In this document: positions 39,103-50,920 of the stretch, in pieces
Position numbering within the stretch: position 1 is the stretch's first letter
How the letters are laid out: every line of letters starts with the position of its first letter
Assembly: GCA_002189035.1 (NCBI GenBank)
Contig: NEEC01000002.1
Coordinates: 4,030,001-4,094,000 of the forward strand
From: Utricularia gibba
Taxonomy: Eukaryota; Plantae; Magnoliophyta
Direction: 5' to 3'
Length of the DNA: 64,000 nt
Notes under the pieces: generated by a model
The model's database searches: none
What the model was told of the DNA's origin: nothing
Seen by the model: the letters and a program-made list of their open reading frames with translations, nothing else
Program-made: the position numbers and the translations under genes

Positions 39103-40215
39103 CAAGGGTCATCAACAACCTTCACATTAGTAGTTGCTCCAATAGATGACATAAAACACTCATGTTGTGTGAGATGTTCAAGTGATATCAATAGTATTTC
39201 TGTGCTCTTGGCATAGTGGAGACATTCAACATGTCAAGGTTAAGTGCAATGTTCCATACATTTTTATGTGTAATATAGTGCATAAATTAGATTAAAATCA
39301 CCCAATTAAGAGTTAGATTAAGAATTAGGATTTTTTCTTGAGAAATAAAAGTATTGTTATTATTATGTAGTTTGATTCCATTTTACATGCTTTAGTCTAA
39401 TTTTATGTTAAGAGAGAATAGGCACAAGTTTCTTAGCATTTCGAGGGGTAAAAAATAGTCATTTAGTGGCATGCGACAATATGCAAACAAGAAATATTAC
39501 AATGATGAAAAAATATTATTATGCTAGAATTAAGAAAGTACTGACATTAACCATGGCTTATGAATAAATAATGATTTTAGTCATCATTTTGGTTCGAGGG
39601 TGATAGTGATTTTTTTACAACAATAATGACCTTGAATCAAGCATTTAGTTATAGACATCATTTTGGCACATCCAAAAAATTCAATCAAGAAGGCAATTAG
39701 TGGCAAATCCTCTAATCATATTGATTGTCCAATGGAGAGCAACATGATACAAATCCCATGCCTTTGGATATTAGTATTTCAACGAGTGTAGAATATTTCT
39801 TACTTCTATAACTAGTTATTTAGAAGAGACAAAGAATGAAATGAATTCTATTCCTAGGAACATTCCCTTTATTCAATTTTACACAATGTTTCCATATCTT
39901 TCAAACCCTTTTACAAAATATTAACATTTTATAATAGGATAAAACTTCATCTTTCCATAGAATATTAACTCTTTGTGATCAATATTACATTTTATTTTGT
40001 TTGAAGATTATTTTACTTCATCTTTCATAGAGATGAGGACTACGAGCAACATATGTAGCTAGTATAGATGCTTCCCAAACTTTTGGGAAGAAATAATGAT
40101 GATGCCAATCATCATCTTGGAGATTTGCACACATCTTGTGCCCTCATGTGTTCCAAAGGAGCACTGTAGAATAAAGTGAAGTTGCCGATATTTGGAATGG
40201 CATATAGATCACAAT

Positions 40216-41810
40216 TGTTGGTGTGTGTTTTAGAGACAATCAGTTTATTGGTAAATCTTATCTTTGATATTTATTTTGAGTTGTGATCAAATTTATATCA
40301 CTGATAAAATCCTCGACTTGATATATATGGTATAAGAATTATGATGAAATAATAATGTGAGATTCTTCAAGCACTAATGTTCAAGTTTAAAATTTCTTGG
40401 CTAAAGTATTTGTGAAATTAGGATATCATAAATATAGATAAGCTGGCACATATTGAGTTTCCTAATTGTTTCGGCAATAGTTCTCACAAAGTTCTGGAGT
40501 TCGGTTGTTTCTGGAATAAAATGGGTGATGCCTTGGGACTCCTAGGGGATGTATGCTCATCACCAAACAAGCTCATACAAACCACAAATCATACAACTAA
40601 CTCACAAGGTCTAGGTCTAGCCGGACTCTTGTTTTTCCCTCTAATCTTTGGTCTACCTCTAATTAGGGTTGTTAAATTGGGTTTCACTACTTCCTCCTCC
40701 TGGATCTATCCTGTTTTGTTAAGGAAGTTGCGTGACTTATGACTGTTTAGATCTAAAGATTGATTAACATATTTCTCCCCTTTTCACCCCAAGGCACCCC
40801 CTAAGTACTTAGCCACTCATATTTAAGTAGTCTAGTTCGACTACTAGAAGATAAACAAGAAGGAAACTGAAATGTTCGACAGAAAGTTAGAAAACGTCGC
40901 AAGCTAATCTTAGCTAGGAGTAATAATCCTTGGAAAACAGAAAATAATCTTCAAGCAGGAGCTTAGTTCCTATTCGTCTTCCTCCTTCTTCTCCCCAGAA
41001 AACCTTCTCCAGAAAGTTGTTCGTGAGTCTCCAAGGGGAGATCTGCCTTCTCTCCCCACCTTTCCTCCCTTTTTGTCCAAAATCTCCCTTTTTCACCTAT
41101 TTGGACTTTGTGTGTACTCTTTTTCAGACTTCTGTCACATTCTCTGCCACCACACTGTTTATATTTGGCTCCTTGGGATTTGTGTTGCGACCTATGCTGC
41201 ATTGCTCTAAGGGAACTAAGACTAAAAGTGCACTCCTACGGTACTTATGTGCAAAATTATAGAAACAGACAATTAAGCTTAAATTTTGTAGCACAAAATG
41301 AGTAAATTCCATGTATTGAGCCACTTTAAAATATGTGTTATCAGAAGATCTCGAATATGATAGCTATGCAAGTAAGCTTAGACTTGAAGTCAATAAAGTT
41401 ATCTTGATCTTAAATTCACATTTTCTCTCATTACTAATGGTATTCTAACCTGGACTTTCCAACAATGGATGATAAGGGATGCATCTCCTAAAGGTTGGAG
41501 ATAGTTGATTGATCAATAAAGGATTCATCAATCATGTTAGCTATGAGATCTTATTTCGAGTAATTGCATAAAAGCCTAATAGTAAGTCCTGGGCCCAGAG
41601 TAATGACACTCAAAGCGTTTGAGTAGGTTATTGAATATCAGTGCTTAAATGCAATTATAAGTTTGACACATGAGAAAGATACACACCCATGCTCTGGTAT
41701 TGAATAAGATATAAGTATGATGAAACCTATTCATTGTCTGGTGGCTAGTCATAGAAAGGCTCAATTACTTTGTTCTAATTGTACATTTTGAGAATCATGA
41801 TATGTTACTA
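40216..41810 (+). mobile_element. Partial Angela-like LTR interrupted by a family-A LTR fragment
   Basis: Starts TGTTGGTGTGTGTTTTAGAGAC. Colinear with the 46075 LTR at 40216-40487 and 41344-41810, with ~130 bp lost at the junction. Confidence 0.85.
40488..41343 (-). mobile_element. Truncated family-A LTR
   Basis: Colinear with 13750-14635 and ends GTGTTATCA. Left ~240 bp deleted. Confidence 0.88.
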
Positions 41811-42700
41811 GTAGTGGTTCAACGGTTCCTAATTGTACAGTTTCGGTTTGGAACCACATGGTTCTAGTGAACTATCGGTTCCAAAACCATGGTTTCCCAT
41901 GGTTTCAGTTTTTGTTTGGAATCGGATTCTCAAACCTTGAATCGAACGAAAACAAGAACCGTATGGATGGTTTTGGATTAAAACCGGAACTGGTAACCTC
42001 GAATCGAACCGTAACTAGAACCGATCGCTTATTGTCTAAATGCGTTTTCTAGGCACCCATATGAACGATTGTGGGTGTCTGGCAGTCAAATTTTTAACAA
42101 TGTTAATTTTGTATGTTTTGATATTAGCAAATGATATATTTAACAATATTAATTTCATATTTTATTGGATATATGATGTAATATACTATGTTAATTTATA
42201 AAATACCCTAGTTTGGAGTAGTTTGGAAAATACTTTAATAAATTATAATCAAAATCAATATAATTTGTGACTCAAGTGAATGAAATAAAAGATTAAAATG
42301 ATACAATTATCAACATTTAAAAATACATATGATAAAATTAAATTTTTTACACAAATACAACAAAATTACAAATTATATAAAACAAATTAAGTTATTTTTG
42401 TATATTTATTTTACATTTAAATAGATAGCTTTTATATTATCTTTTGTAAATATTGTGTATTTTCCCAATTAATATCAAAACATCATCTATTTCATGAACT
42501 TTTTCTAAACTTCATCTATTTTGGAAACAAAAAGTAAAAAGGATTAAATATATTAGATTTATAAAACTAAGATCACACATTTCACACTTATTTTATGGAA
42601 CCGTTTCCAGACACCCTTAACGGTTGTTATGGGTGTCTAGAGTAGATCCTAAGCACCCTCAGGAATGGATGAGTGCCTTGCAATTTGAAAACCATAATCA
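41811..42700. mobile_element. hAT-like terminal/subterminal fragments
   Basis: Dense AACCG/CGGTT motifs at 41815-42030. GGCACCC/GGGTGTC motifs are shared with the hAT region at 54100-54720. Confidence 0.5.
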
Positions 42701-42879
42701 TAATGGATACGCTGCCCAAAAACACTTAATGATGCTTGTGCGTGTTCAGAATTGATGAGAGGCACTCTTAGAAATCATTATGAGTGACTCGGAAATGATC
42801 TAGTGGATCATTATTTACTAGAACATATTTCAAATTATTAAACTGGGTGTATAACAAATTTAATCCTAACAACGACATA

Positions 42880-44207
42880 ATTGTCTTTTAGAAAAAAAAT
42901 TAACAACGAAAGTATTCCAATTGTTTCCTCAACAAATTTTAAATATTTTAAAACGTAAAACACTAGAAAGCGTAGTACGAGTATCGATCTCAGGGAGTTG
43001 TTTTTCGTGAAAAGTGTTTGCAAGCAACTTTTACAAAATGTCACGGTTTTGTAAAAGGGGGTTTTTAAGATGTAGAAATGAAAGATACAACCTAAGTAAT
43101 GGGCTTTGATTACGGGACGCAGTTCCTGGGAATAAGACTCCATCTCCTTCCTTTGTCCGTCCTTGCCTCGGTTTTCACTGATTTCTTCCGAATAGCTGAT
43201 TATAGGAGCAAGGAATAGCCTACTCTCCCTTACACTCTGATTGACAAGGAGGCATGGGAATAGCCTCATGTGATTCCCCCTTGGACGATTAGGAAGACAA
43301 GAGGTCGCCTTCGATTGCCTTCAAAACCGAATTGTGCACGTGTAACCAGCTGTTGCCGATGGCCAGTGGCAGGTCCGAGGTCACAACCTGTCCACTGTCG
43401 TGGTACCTAGGCCACAAACAATCTGCTACTTCCCTCGAACCAGCAGGGTTGGAGTTGGTGCTCTTCACCTTGATCTTCACCAAAATCCGCGAGAAGTTGC
43501 CTGCTACTCATGGACCTTGACTAAGAGTCGTTATAGAAAGACTGTAACAAGACGCATGAAAGTTGCGGAATCCGAATGGAATTCAGTGAAGAACCGAGTG
43601 TATTGCTCAAGACCTGGAAGGAAACTTCATCTATTTCCCAGAAACTAAAGGTTTTTAGCCATAGAAACATAAACGAAAAGAAAGCTAAGTGTTCTTCCTC
43701 CTTGAGGGGAGGAAGAACCTAAAAGTTCTAAGTACAAGAGAAAATGTTCAAAAATTCTAAACTAAGTGCTCCAAGTGGCTTTTATATGACTTCCCACGTG
43801 CATTAACTCCTTTGGGTCCCCTTCCCATCATTCCTTCTGTCTTGCGTGCGCCAATAGACTTTCTTTGCGTGCAAGTTTGCGCCCAATAATTGCTGCAGAC
43901 TCTGACATGCCGTAAGTCATGGGCCTTGACCAGTGTCAGTCTTCCGCCCACAATCATTTCAACTTGCGTACAAGGCACGAAAACTCAGAGTCTGACCACC
44001 TGCAATACTCCTGCAACACTCCTGACAGTCTCCTGACATGCCTCGGTCAAAGTGTGAGAAAAAATGTATAAAATATACACAAAATGGGAAAATAGGAATT
44101 TTCTAGTAAAAATCAAATACTTAATAATAAGACTCATAATTGGGCGACTTAGCACTTAATTAATACATAATAATACCTAAATAATAACTAGAAAATGACA
44201 CTTAACA
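42880..44207 (-). mobile_element. Family-D LTR, inverted; left end approximate
   Basis: Minus strand begins TGTTAAGTGTCATTTTC and is colinear with the three LTR-D pieces at 27402-30623. No TSD seen. Confidence 0.8.
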
Positions 44208-45913
44208 CTTATGTATGAGGGTTTGTCCTATTCAGCTGTCATTAACATAGCTTGGAACATTATGAGCGAACCATAGCCCTTCAAGAAAAGTCCACATCTC
44301 ACCATCAACATTTATTGATGTATCACCCCTATTGGTATGCAAATAGGGTCTTGGAAAAATAGCATTATTTTCCTAAAAACTGTAGGGTTAGTTTTGATAT
44401 ATAACCAAGTATATACTAAATGAGAATAGAAAAAAAGCTTACCGGATTTTTCAGAAAAGCACTCGAAGTACATTACCAAACTATGAGTCAAACTGCTAGA
44501 AGAACTGTTAGCTACTCTAGCTTAGGAACTCTCTAATCCATTTGACTTGTGAGGTGAGTCATCTATCACGATTCACTTTTAGGGCCTGGGAAAGATGAGT
44601 CGTAACCACCCAATTCTACTGAAAACTAGAACTCAAGGTGTCTTTCATAATATGATTTATAAACATTAAAATGGGTAAATACATAAGTAAACTAGGTGTA
44701 AGATTTTGTCGAAGTGTTTTTATTTAACGTGGTTCATAAGCTTATACAAATAGATTCAAAGCTATACTACTCTGTACAGATATCCATAGGACTTTGGAAA
44801 ATGTGATTGATCACTGGACCTCTAATGGCTCCCTTCATCTCCTAAAATAAATAAAAGAATGGTCATGCATTTGAGTTTTAAAACAAGTCAAATCAAGAAA
44901 AAATATAAAGAGCTTATAAAAGAAACTTGAAACACATTATGAGTCCTATCTTTTCTCACTTCTCATAGCCCTCCTACTTTGGTATTGCTATCAGACTATG
45001 ATAGATGACATATAAAGTGTCCTGGTCCATGGTTCTACAATCAAGAGAGCCACCTCCTACCATAGAACCACAAGCTTAAGCCATATACAAGATATCATAT
45101 CATATCTTGTATAACTTTCATACTTTTTGACCTTCCACTTGTTAGACCATATGAAGTCAGCAATCCTCAATACCAGTGATAAAATCCATGATCCACGTTA
45201 GTTCCTGACTTAGTCAACCACGCTTCAAGGCCTCAACCACCTCTTCGAAAATTATGGTGTCATGAACAAATCCACTCACCCTCACTAGATGTGTAACTAG
45301 TGTGAAAATCCTGATCCCATAACAACCAATGCACGCATTGGGAACCATCCTATGATTCGGTTCTTTCACCACTTGTACATGGTGCCTCAAACATGCTTGA
45401 CATATTAGACGTAGTGCCCGTGAGAAAAAATCACATTGCTGAAGATATGCCTCCATATCTACTCCATTCTTTCCTAGCTTGTTTATCACGTAGTACATAG
45501 AGATACATATTACAATATCATCTTAAAAATAACAAGGGTGGCTATCAGTGAAAAGAATCATACTTTTGGGACTCAAAAATAGCTTTTTCTGAAATAACAT
45601 GAACTAACTTACTCCCCCGTTAATTTTCATGCAACATAAAAGGTTTTCGATCGTGGACACAACCACATAGAGACACGAACGCATTCAAAGTAATGGAAAT
45701 CAAATACCAACATCACATAGGCACATAAATTTTCATAAATAAGTATAGCTTCAAAAGAAATCATACCACTTATTTTAACACCTTAGACTTTAAACCTACT
45801 ATGAAGCTTTGTTCACCGAAGGTACTATAACCGAAATAACAGAAATAAATCTTCAAACCTCTCATCCTCGCCTTTGTAAAACTCAAAAATAATAGAAAGA
45901 ACCTTACATTCCA

Positions 45914-45915
<2 letters not shown>

Positions 45916-45957
<42 letters not shown>
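45916..45957. repeat. (AT)21 microsatellite
   Basis: Uninterrupted AT run. Confidence 0.95.
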
Positions 45958-45959
<2 letters not shown>

Positions 45960-47580
45960 CCATTTACATCTTTTCCTTGTTTTTTGTGCAACATGTGGCA
46001 CACATGCATGACGTAAAAGTGACGCACATGCAAGAGGACACATGATGCACATGCAAAAGGACACATGGCACACATGTTAGTGTATGTGTTCTAGAGACAA
46101 TCAACTCATTGGCAAATCCAATCTTATGATATTTACTTTGAATTGTGATCAAATTTATATCATTGATAAAATCCTCTACTTGATCTATGTGCTATAGAAA
46201 TTATGATGAGATCATAATGTGAGATTCTTCAAGCACTCATGATCAAGTTAAAAACTCCCTAGCTAGAGTATTTGTGAAATGAGGATATCACAAATACGGA
46301 TAAGCTGGCACACATTGAGTTCCCTAAATTGTTTAGGCAATGGTTCTCACAATTGACGTAATGAGATTACTAGAACCTATGTGTGGGTGTCGATTAGAGA
46401 ATCGATTCACTGGATGACTCATCTTTGAGATGCTACTATGGGAAGCTAACCAAGTGTCAGTAGCAAGATCTCGAATATGACAGCCGTGCAAGTAAGCTTA
46501 GACTTGAGGTCAACAAAGTTATCTTGATCTTAAGCTCACATTTTCGCTCATTACTAATGGGAGCCTAACCATGGCTTGCCTAGTATGGATGAGTATGGAT
46601 GTGACTCCTTAAGGTTGGAGATAGTTGATTGATCAATAAAGGATTCATCACACATGTTAGCGATGAGATCATATCTCAAGTAATTGCATCAAAGCCTAAC
46701 AGTAAGTCCTGGGCCCAGGGTAATGACACTCGAATTGTTTGAGTAGGTCATTGAGTTTGAGTGCTGGAATGCAATTATAAGTTCGATACATCAAAAAGAC
46801 ACACACCCATGTTCTAGTATCGAATGAGATATAAGTATGATGAAAGCTATTCACTGCATGGTGGCTGGTTATGGAAAGGCTCAATCAGTTTACCTGATTA
46901 TTCTTACATCTTGGGGATCATGATATGTTACTCTAGACATCACTCATGATCAATAATGATGGATTTGATTAATTAAGAGTTAATTAATAAATCTATTATT
47001 ACGGCCTTGATTGAAGAAGCCTATACGGTCACACACAATAGTGGAGTCACTCAATGATATAAAATAGAATGACACAATTACATGAGATGTAATTGGTAAA
47101 GTGGATAAATTAAATTGAGAGTTATTTTGAGATTAATATTGATTAAACTCAAAATAAAAGATCATATATAGATAAGATTTGGAACATATATATATCTCCA
47201 CAAGATAAGATCTTTACGGAGATATGATTTGATATGTTACCATATATCTATCAAAAGATTTAGATCTTGAGATATGCTCCTCGAAGGTCTTCGTGCTCTC
47301 TGAGACTGATCCACAAGGAGGCGTTTTTCTCTACTAGCACCTGAGAAATTCGACCAGCATTCAAGAGCCTTGAGAAGGTTATCGACGGAGTGCTCCACGT
47401 GTGGATACGATAGAGGCCGTCTACTATTGGCAGTTGGTGAACAACGGAGTCATTTGAAAGGTACTTTCAACATCCATATGTCTGATGTATACAGTATTTC
47501 AAGATCTGCATTGGGGGTTTCTCAAAATTTTAAAATTCCGCTGCTTTTGAGACATACGATGTCTACGAGAAACCTAACAG

Positions 47581-47592
47581 TGGTATCGGAGC
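47581..47592 (+). promoter_or_regulatory. Primer binding site for initiator tRNA-Met
   Basis: TGGTATCGGAGC, 1 nt after the LTR end; one mismatch from canonical TGGTATCAGAGC. Confidence 0.85.
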
Positions 47593-47619
47593 GAGATTGC
47601 GGAATACGTGTATACGTTA

Positions 47620-47780
47620 GAATCTTTGTTGATTTTGCGAGATGTTCTCGTATGTTGCCTTGCCGGTGACATTAGAATCTTTTCGGATTTTGTGAGATGT
47701 TCTCGTATGTCGCCTTGCCGGTGAAAAGTTAAAGTCTTTGCTGATTTGCGAGATGTTCTCGTATGTTGCCTTGCTGGCGA
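47620..47780 (+). repeat. Three tandem ~55-57-bp units in the Copia leader
   Basis: Core GATTTTGCGAGATGTTCTCGTATGTTGCCTTGCCGG repeated three times, starting at ~47620, 47675 and 47732. Confidence 0.9.
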
Positions 47781-48671
47781 TCATCATAATAGCATGTGAT
47801 GCACGAAATCTGATTATTTTGGATTGTTTTGCTGCCTTAGGATGCACGAAATTTGATTCATGATTGATGTCATATCTTAGGTGTATATGCGCAGCATGAT
47901 GATGCTTTATATGTGTGTAGTTGTGGGGCATGATGGCCTTTGCACGAATTTTGATCATGTTGATCATATTGGTGAATTATCGATGCATATGATGTTTGAT
48001 AATTTATTTGTGACCAAGGCATCTAGGGTCAATTAGGATTTTCGAGCTTTATGTGTGAAAATCTAGGGATATGATGCGTTATGAACGAAAGGGCAAGGGT
48101 TGTCAAGATGCCTATTTGATAGGATATTGATATCCATAATGCAAGAGTTGCATATGGAAAAATCCCCTTCTAAATAATTAAGCTTATTCCTTCCACTAAC
48201 ATAAGGAGAACGAGAGTCATTTTTAGTGCATAGAGTTGTTGGCTATTGTCAAGCTCTCCACTACACATGACATGTTCGAATTATGGAATTAGATTCACGG
48301 TGGGTTGGCTTAACTGATTTTATCAACTTGTTGACTAAAGCCAAGGTTGGTAAAATTGGAGGAAAGGTTGAGGTAAATAGTTTTTACATCAAGAGTTGAT
48401 GACTCAATGATGTAGTGGTTGTATGAGAGATACAATTGGCATGAGATGACTACCTGTTTCATTCATTAAAACTTGTTGGCTACAGTCAAGGTGGAGATAA
48501 ATGAAATGGGACACTATCCCACTAAGAAAATCTGATTTTCTCGTTTTGTCAGTAAGGGGCTGCCATCTCGAAAAACATAGTGGGAGTATATCACATCTAA
48601 TAAAGACCAGTTAGATGTGATTTAAGGAACACTACATGATGTGTTTGTTTTCTCTTCTTCACGTTGAAGAT

Positions 48672-50432
48672 ATGTCTTCCAGCTTGAATTTGAGATCCAT
48701 TCTAGAGTCCAACAAGTTGGTTGGTTCGAATTTTACTGATTGGCACCGCAATTTGAGAATTGTTCTCAAGGCGGAGAAGATTGCTTACATCCTTGAGCAA
48801 GATGTTCTTGCACAACCTAGGGCTAATGCAGCTGAAGATGTTAGGTGTGCATATCAGAAGTATCTAGATGATGCTGAGCTTGTCTCCTGTATCATGCTTG
48901 CTTTGATGGCCCCTGATCTCCAAAAACAGCATGAGGCGATGACTTGCCAACAGATGATAACACACCTCAAGGATCTGTTTGGTGAGCACTCACGACTTGA
49001 AAGGTTCAAGACATCAAAGCTATTGTTCAATTGTCGCTTGGTAGAAAGAAGTTCTGCTGCTGATCATGCGACATTGGTGTTGAGTTACATTGAGAAGTTG
49101 TCCACTCTTGGTTTTGTGTTGGATAAGGACTTGAGTATTGACTTAATCCTTACCTCACTACCTGATAGCTACTCACAGTTTGTGATGAACTATCAGATGA
49201 ACAAGATGGATCAAACTGTTCCTGAATTGATTCAGTTACACAAGTCAGTTGAGACAACTATCACAAAGGAACAAAAGAATGTCATGCTTGTCTCTTCAAG
49301 GAAAAAGGTTTCCAAGAAGAAGAGTCAAGACAAGAAACTCAAAGCTAAAAGTGAGATCAAGAAGAAGAAGCCTGTTGAAAAACCGGCTAAGGGTGAATGC
49401 TTTCATTGTGGGAAATCTGGTCATTGGAAGAGAAACTGCAAAGCCTATCTAGAGTCAATCAAGGGCAAGAAGCAGAATGAGAATTCAGCTTCAGGTATAC
49501 ACATGATTGAGATTAACACTACTATCAAGAATGATTCTTGGGTGTTAGATTCTGGTTGTGGTGCTCACATTTGCACTAACATGCAGGACCTAATGAGTAG
49601 TAGAATCTTGAAGAAAGGCAATGTTGACCTAAGAGTTGGGAATGGTGCACGAGTTGCTGCCATGGCAGTTGGGACTTGCCACATCGCCCTACCTTCTGGA
49701 TTATCTCTTGAATTAGATTCTGTTTATTGTGTTCGTTCATTGTCTAAGAACATCGTCTCTATTTCTTGTTTGGACAAGATTGGTTTCGAGTTTTCTATAA
49801 GGAACAATTGTTGTTCCATACGACGAGGGAATGTGCATTATGGTACTGCTACGATAGTAAACGGAATATATGTTTTGGATCAACATGATTCGGAACAGAT
49901 TAACACGTGCATAAAAAGGCCAAGGATTGACAATGTCTTGAATTCTTACCTCTGGCATTGTCGTTTAGGCCATATAAACAAGAAGCGTGTTGAGTACTTA
50001 TATCGATTGGGATATTTGGACTCAGAAGATTTTGAATCTTATGAAACATGCGAATCTTGTTTATTGGGAAAAATGACAAAGCAACGTTTTCTAGGAAAAG
50101 GAGCAAGAGCTGAAAACTTATTGGATTTAATACATTCTGATGTATGTGGTCCAATGAGCATCACTGCTAGAGGGGGTTTCTCGTATTTCATCACTTTTAT
50201 AGATGACCATTCAAGATATGGACGCATCTACTTGATGAAACGAAAATCTGAAGCCTTTGAAAAGTTCAAAGTGTTTCGGATGGAGGTCGAGAACCAGCTT
50301 AAGCGTTCCATCAAGAAACTTCGATCAGATCGTGGTGGGGAATACTTGAGTAATGAATTCAAGAATCATCTGAAGGACAATGGTATTGTCTCAAGAACTC
50401 CTTCTGCTACACCTGATACACATGAGATGTAA
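48672..50432 (+). CDS. Copia gag-protease-integrase (N-terminal part) open reading frame, truncated by deletion
   Basis: MSSSLNLRSILESNKL...NFTDWHRNLRIVL (UBN2 gag), CFHCGKSGHWKRNC zinc knuckle, WVLDSGCGAH protease, LWHCRLGH...CESC, HSDVCGP, FIDDHSRY, LRSDRGGEY. No internal stop until the frame runs into LTR sequence. Confidence 0.93.
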   Translation: MSSSLNLRSILESNKLVGSNFTDWHRNLRIVLKAEKIAYILEQDVLAQPRANAAEDVRCAYQKYLDDAELVSCIMLALMAPDLQKQHEAMTCQQMITHLKDLFGEHSRLERFKTSKLLFNCRLVERSSAADHATLVLSYIEKLSTLGFVLDKDLSIDLILTSLPDSYSQFVMNYQMNKMDQTVPELIQLHKSVETTITKEQKNVMLVSSRKKVSKKKSQDKKLKAKSEIKKKKPVEKPAKGECFHCGKSGHWKRNCKAYLESIKGKKQNENSASGIHMIEINTTIKNDSWVLDSGCGAHICTNMQDLMSSRILKKGNVDLRVGNGARVAAMAVGTCHIALPSGLSLELDSVYCVRSLSKNIVSISCLDKIGFEFSIRNNCCSIRRGNVHYGTATIVNGIYVLDQHDSEQINTCIKRPRIDNVLNSYLWHCRLGHINKKRVEYLYRLGYLDSEDFESYETCESCLLGKMTKQRFLGKGARAENLLDLIHSDVCGPMSITARGGFSYFITFIDDHSRYGRIYLMKRKSEAFEKFKVFRMEVENQLKRSIKKLRSDRGGEYLSNEFKNHLKDNGIVSRTPSATPDTHEM

Positions 50433-50920
50433 TTGGTAAAGTGGATAAATTAAATTGAGAGTTATTTTGAGATTAATTTTGATTAAACTCAAAATAAAAG
50501 ATCATATATAGATAAGATTTGGAACATATACATATCTCCACAAGATAAGATCTTTACGGAGATATGATTTGATATGTTACCATATATCTATCAAAAAGAT
50601 TTAGATCTTGAGATATGCTCCTCGAAGGTCTTCGTGCTCTCTGAGACTGATCCACAAGGAGGCGCTTTTCTCTACTAGCATCTGAGAAATTCGACCAGCA
50701 TTCAAGAGCCTTGAGAAGGTTATCGACGGAGTGCTGCACGTGTGGATACCATAGAGGCCGTCTACTATTGGCAGTTTGTGAACAAAGGAGTCATCTGAAA
50801 GGTATTTTAGAATCCCTTTGTCTAATGTATACCGTATTCCAAGATCTGTGTTGGGGGTTTCTGAAAATTTTTAAAATTCCGCTGCTTTCGAGACATACGA
50901 TGTCTACGAGAAACCCAATA

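Larger units (their letters stand above)
46075..50920 (+). mobile_element. Internally deleted Ty1/Copia element, Angela-like: 5'LTR 46075-47579, PBS, ~1.1-kb leader, gag-PR-partial INT, fused to the last ~500 bp of an LTR (~50421-50920)
   Basis: TGTTAG...CTAACA LTR of 1505 bp, followed by PBS and a Copia ORF. No RT, RNase H or PPT. Flanks ACACA and GAGTT do not match. Confidence 0.93.

Noticed and set aside
13780-41324. Recurrent small ORFs (MGDALGLL.DVCSS..., MFVSLQGEIC..., M.QCMEFTHF...) seen two or three times, resembling a small-protein family
   Set aside because: All lie within family-A LTR copies. They differ in length and stops between copies and are explained by repeat homology.
45770-46075. 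ORFs containing YIYIYI runs
   Set aside because: Translation of the (AT)21 microsatellite and the neighbouring CACATG repeats.
47581-47592. tRNA-like sequence
   Set aside because: It is only the 12-nt PBS complement. No cloverleaf, A/B boxes, rRNA or snRNA USE-TATA promoter was recognised anywhere in the window.
47620-47780. CRISPR-like repeat array
   Set aside because: Adjacent tandem units with no unique spacers, in eukaryotic retroelement context, with no cas genes.
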